Of a stretch of 64,000 nt of DNA, positions 27,171 to 36,528 are shown piece by piece. This DNA comes from Marsupella aquatica (lineage: Eukaryota; Plantae; Marchantiophyta). Positions within the stretch are counted from its first letter, which is position 1. Every line of letters begins with the position of its first letter. The position numbers were made by a program, and so were the translations under genes. Where the stretch lies: contig OZ316897.1 of the NCBI GenBank assembly GCA_973895155.1, positions 4,310,211 through 4,374,210 on the forward strand. The letters run 5' to 3'. Below the pieces are notes generated by a model. That model ran no database searches. It worked only from the letters and a program-made list of their open reading frames with translations, and was not told the DNA's origin.

Positions 27171-28024
27171 AGACAATATCCATCCACCGTTATTGCACGA
27201 TGTGTTAACTGTGAACATTGTCTGTCTGTTCTCGATAGTAGACACAAGTCTCGCTGCGTCCTACCTTGTCCAGAAAATTGTTTCTTTCTCTCTTCCTTTA
27301 GTGCACTCGATTCCATCTTGCCCTAAGAATTTTGGACTTTTTCTTTAGTACCTCTGAAATTCTAAAATCCCGGCTTTTTGTCTTTGGAGATTTCTTCTTG
27401 TCTCTATTTTGTTAGTCTCCTCGGCTCCACTCCCGACATGATCGTACTCGATGCATTTTTGTTTTTCTGCCACGTTCCTGGGGTTGCACTTCATTAGGAC
27501 AGCAGTATTCCTGAAATTGCTGATTTCTTGAGATTACTTCGTCAACTCAAAGTGATCTAGTTCTCAGCCAAACCATACATTAAGAGATGGAACTATTTCA
27601 AGTCTCGACCTGTTCCTAGTATAGCATGCTCATCATCCGATGCAATTTTTTACTCCTCGTTCTTCACGAGTACAACCTTGGATCCACATTCCTGTTGTAG
27701 CTTTGCGCTCAAAACCATGCCCGGAATGGTTTAATCCTGTTGTACCGTGCATTCATGGCTTTAATTCAGGTACGTCAGTTGGGAGAGTTTTAGCATTCAT
27801 CTCCACCTGGACACATCGAAATCGGGTCCATTGTACGTCTACGGCGAGCTTGAATTACAATCATTGATAACCTGGAATGCCAGTATGATTTTGCCTTCTT
27901 CAGCCTAGAGATCCAAATCCAAACTTTGTTTTCCGATCGCTTGGGTCGTTTGCAGGCGAGATGAGATGAGATGTGATTCATTTGAAGGTGTCACAGAAAG
28001 TTCCAAAACTGAAAAGGTGGATAC

Positions 28025-28694
28025 ATGGTCCCCGTGCATGTGGGTAATGAAGATGTTGCTAATATCGTAGTGCTTCATAGGAGTTCTCAGGATTTGCCTT
28101 ACAGCACCCTCTCCACAGTCGAACAAGAAAATGGATCCGTCTGCAGGGCGATGCTCACAAGTCAGTGCTTGCTTTCAGTGCCTCAAAAGGTCTGATATGT
28201 GTGAATTTTGGTAGCTTCAACGTGAAAGGAACGACAGAGCGTGAGACTATTCTTGACAATCTACTGTGTACATGAAAAGTTGTAGAAAGTGGGGCCGCGT
28301 TTCAATTGGTGGCTCTAAGATCTAAAACAAGTGTCTCCTGAAAATTGATTAGTGTTTGCGATCTCTCATCAACAACCAATTGAACGATAGCAGTAAATAT
28401 ATGGAGATGATTTTTAACTGAACGCATGAATTTGATCACTCTCCGAGTTCGCGAAGTTAAATCTTGACGAATCCTAGGTTACTGCGGGCCGGGTGAGATC
28501 ATGGTCGTGTGCCACATTGTCCCAAAAACGCGAGGTGGAAACAGGAAAGCACGAAATCAGTCTTGATAAAGAAATTATCCTGAACAAGAAAAGAATCCAG
28601 CAATCTCCGTGAGGTAGACGAAGCGAACACTCGTGCAACAGCGTGACCAAGGAAGGCGAGTTACGAAAATTGAGAAGACCCCAACTTCCTGTAC
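28025..28694 (-). pseudogene. RNase Z (tRNase Z, metallo-beta-lactamase) N-terminal gene fragment
   Basis: Exon ~28025-28140 reads [39 protein letters not shown] (motif I DCGEG and HxHxDH). An upstream piece ~28633-28694 reads GTGSWGLLNFRNSPSL. No in-phase donor links them and no downstream exons were recognised. Confidence 0.7.
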
Positions 28695-31600
28695 CTGGTA
28701 TAACCGTTAAACACAGTCCACGAATATAGGAATTGAAAGCTTGCTGTTTTGTTACTTCATCGCTGCATGCAGTACACGCTCGATCATTTTATGGCTGTGG
28801 AGGTCATCGATCAAACAGTTTGCAAGAGACCGAGTCGCCCCTAGCAAAGCATAACCCCGAGCATAACTATGTCGAGACCGCCCGACAAACCTGATGAAAC
28901 GTCTGGTGGAAGTCAAAGAAGCCCACAAGTTGCTTTGGTCCGGAACCATGCAAAATATGATTGTGCCCTTGATCGCACCGACAAATTCAATGCTTCATTG
29001 CGAGCTTCGAGTTATTGCCGGATTGATATCATAGCTCACCCGCCCACGTACACAACGGATTTGCGCTGCTTGCACAGACCGGATTACGTTGATTCGAAGA
29101 TCGGAATTCGTCATCAGAAGCAGACACAGCTTGCGTACCCCACGGCGGCCATCGATCGATGACCACATATATATTGGCCTGCTGCTCGGGAGTCGTGTAG
29201 AACATGCTGTCGCTGGCCGGCGACTGTGGCCGGCATTGTCCGAGATGTTCGCTTCAAAATTACATCTAAGGAAACACAGTAAACAAAAGCTACAGTAGAC
29301 ATTCCGTTTAAATAAACAGTGCCCTCCATACTCCACTTCAGAGCGCTTCCAATGAAATGAACAAAACTCTACACACTCGACAGCTGTTTCACATGTTTCG
29401 ACACTAGTCATGACAAAAATGGTTACACATATTTCGCCAACATATATTTCACCATTTCTAGTACTTTTTATTGAAATTGACAGATTTCACCAATTTTTAG
29501 TATGAACAAATTCTTATGGTTAAGGAGAAGAATATGCAAAAGAAACACATCTTGGACACTTCCCCCTTTCATATGGCCACTAGTGCTCAAGGCAATTGGC
29601 ATTCCTTAGAAAAATTAAACCAGTAGACCAAATTAAACCAGTAGACCATGGCACCTGTTTGGATAAAGATATTAATCCTTGATGGACCAAATTAAACCAG
29701 TGACCATGGCACCTGTTTTGGAGAAAGATATTAATCCATGATGGACCCCTACGGGGTGAGTAGAAGGGGCACTTACAAGAAGGCCGTGGCAGTTCAGGCA
29801 TGTTTTTTCCTTGATGAGATTAATCTCCACCGTTCATCAACCTATCCAGGCTCCATTCGCTTGAACAGTGTAGTGACAAGTTTTGTTCTTAGGGCAGCCA
29901 AACCTACTTGGCACCCTGGTTCAGGCTATTTTTCTGCTGACGCGGCACTCTCAACTGGGCGGAAGACTATCACACCTGTGGACGTGCAATAATCTTCTGC
30001 CTGACTTGTCTTCATGCTTTGTCATAACTAGCTGCTGATTTGACATTTCTTGCAATGTTCTACAAATGCAGGGGCTGGGAGAGCTCCCACTAGGCTTCAA
30101 GTTACAAACTTGAAGTAGCAATGGACTGCCCCATCCATGTCCATCAACATTGTCCGTGATTCTTCTCGCAGGAAGGTTGGTTTCCTTCCCTTAGTGCTTG
30201 TCCCTGTGAAGTCAAAAACCCTAGCTCATTATCTGGTCTTGTCACTACATTCAGCTAGCCAGTTTCTAAGTGGTTCTCAGCTTGTTTTTCCCTAGAGGAC
30301 GAACATTGTTAAAGGGTGCATCTTTACAGAGGAAGTTGTTGTGCTCCCCCCCCCCCCTATATATGCATCCACCGTTAATTAAACTATTGCACCAAGATTG
30401 GAGCAAGCAAGGGCTGAGTTTATATTCAGGGGCTGATAAATTTTCAAATTCAAGACTTAGTTTATACTAGGACAAAAATTCTCTAGCTGATACACTATAA
30501 TTGACCAGCAAAGGAATTTACAAGCTATAAACCCTAGCACAACTGGTCAGCCTCAAATCAGTTGGCATTTTTAGAGCCTTGGCATTTGTAGAGCCCCTAA
30601 TAAAGTAATAAGTGTCGGGAAGAATTATACTAAAGGGAAACCGAAGAGCCAAAAATCCCACAAGGCCCCCACATAGCAAAAGAAAGTAATGCCCTACTTG
30701 GCGAGCTGAAAAGCCTGAGAATCCTAAATTGCAGGAGTAAATTGCACAAGAGGGGCACAAAGAGGAATTTATCTCAAGGCCATAATATCAGCCTTGCTGC
30801 CCTGCAGAGCAGTGAATGCCTGAACCCTCTCTAGTGTAACAAAGTCACATTGACACCTGCTTTGTAAAGGAAACAATGATGACAGAAACTGAAGGATAAG
30901 GCCGATCATGGAGGAGAACTTGCTACTCTGCGCATTTGTTTTACCTGCTTGTTTTGGAGTTCTTGGGATTCTACACACTACCTTTGGCCATTTCTTTGTT
31001 ATGATATGAGTCTTTTGTGTCAAGTGGCGGACAGACATATGGGAACCTTTATGGGTTTATGAGTCCATCATTTATACATACAACAACTGTGTTTGCTGGG
31101 ACAAATCCAAATTCAAGCTAAGTCAGGGCTTACCAGAGAGTAGCTCAGTTGTTTTGTCGATCTGTTCAGTGAAACGTTACCAATAGTCAAGGGCCTTCGT
31201 TGACTGTTCTCATGCTCATGAAGTTGTGTGCGTTAATGGTAAAGAAAATGACTCTGCTCCTTCAATTTGTGCTTTTGTGGAAGGGCTTTGAAGTAACGTT
31301 TGGGCAACAGCACTAACGATTGCGAGCATAAGAGCTCAGATTGAGAATTGTTGGTAGCTGGGCGATTTGTCCAACAAGCTCAGATTTCTTGGTCATGATC
31401 TAATTTGCAAAAGCTAAGACTCACCTAAGTCTGTAAGTCTGATAATTGCTGGTGGCAAAGGCTCTGTCCCAATGTTGAAAAGCTTAAAGAAGCATTCGAT
31501 ACCTGTGTCGGAACCAATTCTCGGCTGATCCTCTCCACGACGAAACCTACAAGGCATGTCGTCTCGTCAAAGCCGAGGCTCGGCAGCAAAAATAGAGAGA

Positions 31601-32150
31601 GCATTTCATGGCAGTAAGCACATTTCCTTTCGGGCATTTTTAGTATTAGTTTTCTGAGCATCCAATTTTGAGCAGATGCACATACCGGATGTCTACAACT
31701 GTTGTATTGGCCCAGGTTTAAGTTAACAAGTCGTCGTAAAATGTTTCACGATATCAATTCCGGTCACAGTTGGTTCATTGAACAGGGAAGGCCCTGATGG
31801 AGTTCGGGATTTTCTTGCCTATTGAGTAGAAATTCAATAACCTGCCCACTCTGTCGATTCCAATAAATTTCTTTCTTAGAAACAGGGACCATTGATCGCA
31901 GCTGATTTGATTGCAACTGATATGTCATTATGATGACTTTTTTTGGTCATTTGTTGACTTCCTCTCCGTAGTTTTCAGAAGGTCTACTTGTAGGCAGCAA
32001 TTGGATGATTGTCCCTGGTCAAGTATCAAAGGTCAGAAAGGATGGCTCGAGTCTATGCCTTGCTATCAGCCATGTGCACTCTGTGTGCCGGAATTAAGTC
32101 CGATAGCCCTTGACTGAATAGAAAATCAGAAGATCCTGGCCTGAAAGATT

Positions 32151-32268
32151 CTAGACCGGTTACAAGGATATTGTTTCCTTCCAGTCCAGGACGTTCTGAT
32201 TACAGAGAGCATTCCTGGGGTGAAGTCTAAACCAAAACTGGAAGGAAACAATATTCCTGGGGTTTAGG
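32151..32268. ncRNA. Candidate miRNA-like hairpin
   Basis: Perfect 18-bp inverted repeat ATATTGTTTCCTTCCAGT (32168-32185) / ACTGGAAGGAAACAATAT (32237-32254), with an inner stem CCAGGA/TCCTGG and outer G:U-extended pairing. Confidence 0.35.
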
Positions 32269-33168
32269 GTTTACGGTTTAGGGTCTTTCCTGGGGTGAAG
32301 TCTCTGGTTTCTCATTCTCCTTGCTGCTCTCTCCGTAATTCGTGTTCCCTGAATTTTCTTTCTTGCTTAGGATCGAGGCAAACCTCCCTAAGACCGCTAT
32401 GCTGCTCTTAGAAATTCTGTACATTCGGATACCAACGTTGCGAACACCGTCTGGCACTTTCTCCAGAGATCCAGATTCTAGGAACCGCGTTGACTCCTAA
32501 ACTTAGAGAAGACCTTCACATAAGTCGTCCATCCCTCCTTTGCTTGCTCAAACCTCAATGTCGTTAAACTAATGGCATAATTGGACCGTCCTCGTAATTG
32601 TATCAAATGCTCATCAGTGGGTTCATTTATAGGCAAAACAATTCTGACAGCAGGGGAGAACTTCCGAATCATTTGCAAATCCAACCCTATTTGTGAGAAT
32701 GTCTAGACTAGATTCTTAAAATATTGAAAGTCTAAGATCGTGACGGCAAAGGCAAGCCTCACATCAGAATTGAAGATGTTCATAGTTGCGGTGCAAAAGT
32801 TTTTTCTAATTTTACTTCAAACCATAACAAGACATACTTAATTTCCAGATGTTCCTCTTCGGAAAGGAGGTTGTGTCCTCCCCGCTACCACCTAGGTTTG
32901 AACGAAAATCCGTAGTGAGAAAATGCACTCAAGGTCTACCGTTTAGCAGGTCATCTACAGACTGAACGATTACTGCTTTCTGGCATAGAATTTTAAATCA
33001 ACTAAGTCTAAAACCTGGTCTTCGTTATCGAATGCAGTAGCTTAACCTCTGTCAATTGAGATGTTCACATTCAAGGATTTCTTTCCCTTCGCAGTTGAAA
33101 CTAACGACCATAAGGTGCTCGACAGCTATCAGTGTGGAAGAAAGGATGGCTGGTCTGACGCACTTTCC

Positions 33169-34029
33169 ATAGGCAAGAGAACTCCGATGGGCAACTGAGT
33201 GCGTTACTATTCAGGATTGTCTAGGAAAGGAAAATAATATGCTGTGGTCTGGCCTGTGCTACAAAGAGGGGACCATATTGAAGTACTACACGAACAAAGC
33301 CATCATAATGACATATCAGTTGCAATCAAATCAGCTGCGATCAATCATCCCTGTTTCTAAGAAAGAAACTTACTGGAATCGACAGAGTGGGCAGGTTATC
33401 GAATTTCTACTCAATAGACAAGAGAACTCCGGTGGGCAACTGAGTGCGTTACTATTCAGGATTGTCTAGGAAAGGAAAATAATATGCTGTGGTCTGGCCT
33501 GTGCTACAAAGAGGGGACCATATTGAAGTACTACACGAACAAAGCCATCATAATGACATATCAGTTGCAATCAAATCAGCTGCGATCAATCATCCCTGTT
33601 TCTAAGAAAGAAACTTACTGGAATCGACAGAGTGGGCAGGTTATCGAATTTCTACTCAATAGACAAGAGAACTCCGGTGGGCAACTGAGTGCGTTACTAT
33701 TCAGGATTGTCTAGGAAAGGAAAATAATATGCTGTGGTCTGGTCTGTGCTACAAAGAGGGGACATATTGAAGTACTACACTAACAAAGCCATCATAATGA
33801 CATATCAGTTGCAATCAAATCAGCTGCGACCAATCGTCCCCGTTTCTAAGAAAGAAACTTACTGGAATCGACAGAGTGGGCAGGTTGTCGAATTTCTACT
33901 CAATAGGCACGAGAACTCCGGTGGGCAACTGAGTGCGTTACTATTCAGGATTGTCTAGGAAAGGAAGATAATATGCTGTGGTCTGGCCTGTGCTACAAAG
34001 AGGGGACCATGTTGAAGTACTACACGAAC
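33169..34029. repeat. Tandem array, 245-bp unit, ~3.5 copies
   Basis: Identical 76-aa ORFs at 33239 and 33484 fix the period at 245. The third copy has a 1-bp deletion and a few substitutions. Confidence 0.97.
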
Positions 34030-34510
34030 CAATCTCGTTCACGAATAGCATCTGTGATAGTTGGTCATCAGTATAGCCAACATCTATATAGACCACCAGA
34101 ACGATAAAACCTGCGGACAGTTCTAATTAAGGGCAGTCCTGACGGGAGTATCTCAGTGTCCTAATGATTATCGTAACTGCTGCAACTTGACCCAATCATC
34201 TTCGTATGAGGCTTTGGCTCCACTTGCACTACACCACACGCACCCATGAAATTCCAAATAGTTTACTGGTGCCCCATGAACTATATTCGAATTAGGAATG
34301 TCCCCGGCCAGCAGGGAGGCGTTTAGCTGCAAGTGAGAATTGGAAACCTAACGCAGGTCACGTAGTTTCTAAGCTCATCAGTCAATCTGACATGGCTCCC
34401 TTTTCAAAACATGAGTGAGTACAGAAGCATACCCAGATACTATTAACGCGGATGTCATACCCAGGCACAGGAAACTAAAAGAGTAAATTGCCATACTTCT
34501 GGTTTTCCAA

Positions 34511-36019
34511 TTATAAGCCAAAGACTCTATCGAGCTTAATGATATCCCTCGACCATACTGTAGTCAAGCGATAAATAGCATCCTCTATACTGGTGAAGTC
34601 CAAACCGGATCCAGTTAGGGTATCCCGAAAATATTTGGAGGACGATATAGTTTCAGCTACCACTGCATCTAGGTAGGCGCGCTCTCTCTCGCTCAACCGA
34701 TGCATCCTTGAATGCTCCCCGAAGTCACAGTGTAAATCGGATCGCTGTAGTCTAGCAAGCTCTTCCTCAAGAGTCTCAAGGGCCCCTGTTCGCAACTCTT
34801 CATATTCTCTCTCAATCTCCTCGTCGTCATCAATCGGAAGAAATTCTGCGGTCAGAAAGCTGCAGCAGCCTTCGAAATTTGTCTGTAGATGGGAAAGATT
34901 TTCATCAAGCCACCTGCTGTCCGCATTGGAAATTACAATACTGAAATTGTGACCAATTTTCTCTCCGAAAAGTAGCTTGAAAAATCTCCATAGGGTGACC
35001 TCCAATTCATCTATTCGGTCTTTCCTCAGAACAAAAAGATAGTGGGAGAATGTTCCTTCCTCCCACTTCACAAAGTTTTTCACCTTGTGTTGCGCCTCAT
35101 CTGTTGTTACGGTGCTACATTCAGCTTCAGGCTCTCCGAAGCCAGGAGTGTCGACCACATACCATCCTCTCCCTTCCCCATATTCAATTTGTCTCGTTCC
35201 ACCCCTGATACTTGAACTGGCCTTGAACTTTTTAGCATTCCGATCAAGCTTTCCAGATGTAAGCATTTGAGCAAGAGTGGACTTTCCACTCCCTGTCCTC
35301 CCAAACAAGAAGACTCGTTCGGGACCCCAGGGCCCAAACCTGAAAGCTGGCGACGCTTCTCCAAAAAAAAAAGGTATGCCGCAAGTAGTTGGCTTCCTAG
35401 TTGAAAGCTCGCTGTTGACGGTGGTAATTTTGTCCCTCAGACAAAAGGTGCTGCACATCTTCCGAATACTGACTTCAACCAGCGTCCTCGCCTCATCATC
35501 CGCGAGACCATCGGTCGCATTGAAGATGAACACATTCTTATACCTGAGCTTATGTCTCCGCACACAATTTTCAACCCGATACTGCAATTTGGTCTCCGAT
35601 CCATTGCCCTCCGTAACAGCAAGTATCATTATGTCTCTATCCTTTCCAAAAATCAGGCCGAAGACATCAAACCAACAACTGTAGTTGGTGAAAAGAACTG
35701 TGTTACACGGCTCCTCTACCAAAGCGTACGTGACCACACACACAACAAATACTATCTTCCCGAAAATAATTTTCCTCAGAGAATTTTGCGATATCCATCG
35801 CCTTGCAATTGCGGTTGCGCTCTTACCCTGGACGTTGCGCAAAGGTGTCGTGTCAACAACTCGAGCTTCCGATTTGTTCGTGAGGATTTGAACCCCAGCG
35901 CCTGTCACGTATCTGCTCCAAGTTCCTGAGTTTGTGAGAGAATCCACGACGCGAGTCTTTTCTTCTTGAACATTCCCCACGACCAAGATGACCACGTCTT
36001 TCGCATCAGCGTCAGCCAT
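34511..36019 (-). CDS. Intronless AIG1/IAN-like TRAFAC GTPase with a degenerate N-terminal G domain and an intact C-terminal G domain
   Basis: 502-aa ORF. C-terminal domain has G1 FLFGRTGSGKST, G2 T and G3 VVDTPGFGE. N-terminal domain has VILVVGNVQEEKT and VVDTTPL in the same order. A short coiled-coil segment lies near the C-terminus. Confidence 0.85.
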   Translation of the reverse strand: MADADAKDVVILVVGNVQEEKTRVVDSLTNSGTWSRYVTGAGVQILTNKSEARVVDTTPLRNVQGKSATAIARRWISQNSLRKIIFGKIVFVVCVVTYALVEEPCNTVLFTNYSCWFDVFGLIFGKDRDIMILAVTEGNGSETKLQYRVENCVRRHKLRYKNVFIFNATDGLADDEARTLVEVSIRKMCSTFCLRDKITTVNSELSTRKPTTCGIPFFFGEASPAFRFGPWGPERVFLFGRTGSGKSTLAQMLTSGKLDRNAKKFKASSSIRGGTRQIEYGEGRGWYVVDTPGFGEPEAECSTVTTDEAQHKVKNFVKWEEGTFSHYLFVLRKDRIDELEVTLWRFFKLLFGEKIGHNFSIVISNADSRWLDENLSHLQTNFEGCCSFLTAEFLPIDDDEEIEREYEELRTGALETLEEELARLQRSDLHCDFGEHSRMHRLSERERAYLDAVVAETISSSKYFRDTLTGSGLDFTSIEDAIYRLTTVWSRDIIKLDRVFGL

Positions 36020-36049
36020 TGCTAATTTTCATTGGTATACAAATTCCCC

Positions 36050-36150
36050 ATATATAAAGCGATCGGCACTCGGACCCTTGACTACTGTTGACATTCCTTG
36101 ACTCGGACCCTTGACTACTGTTGACTCGAATTCCTTGACTACTGTTGACA
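36050..36150 (-). promoter_or_regulatory. TATA box plus W-box (WRKY site) cluster of the GTPase gene
   Basis: TTTATATAT on the minus strand at 36050-36058. TTGACT at 36078, 36098, 36111, 36121 and 36135; TTGACA at 36088 and 36145. Confidence 0.6.
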
Positions 36151-36324
36151 TTGCTGCTCATAACCCTGAACTCGATCCGAATTGCTTTACCGGCCTGAAA
36201 ACGTGTCTATTGACCCTGCTATTGAGGGTCTTCATCTCCTTTTCCCGTCAGTTCATGGCTGGCTGGTCTTGACAAGAGCCTCGACGTCTTCCAAAGTAGT
36301 ACCAGCCAGCTGTGAAGCGAAGCA

Positions 36325-36528
36325 TCCCTCGAGCAATCCTTGGTCTTCTTCAACCAGTCACTCCTTTCGGGAACTTCACAACAATGAGAGGGAAAAACGA
36401 GACGCGCTTTTGGCCAAGTCTAGCTTCAATCCCTCGAGCAATCCTCGATCTTCTTCAACCAGTCACTCCTACCGGGAACTTCACAACAATGAGAGGGAAA
36501 AACGAGACAAACTTTTGGCTAAGTCTAG
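36325..36528. repeat. 105-bp tandem duplication
   Basis: ATCCCTCGAGCAATCCT...AAGTCTAG occurs twice, seen as a duplicated peptide in ORF 36182-36712. Confidence 0.9.

Noticed and set aside
33239-33958. Three 74-76-aa ORFs
   Set aside because: They are the same frame of the tandem repeat, the third copy is frameshifted, and there is no recognisable domain.
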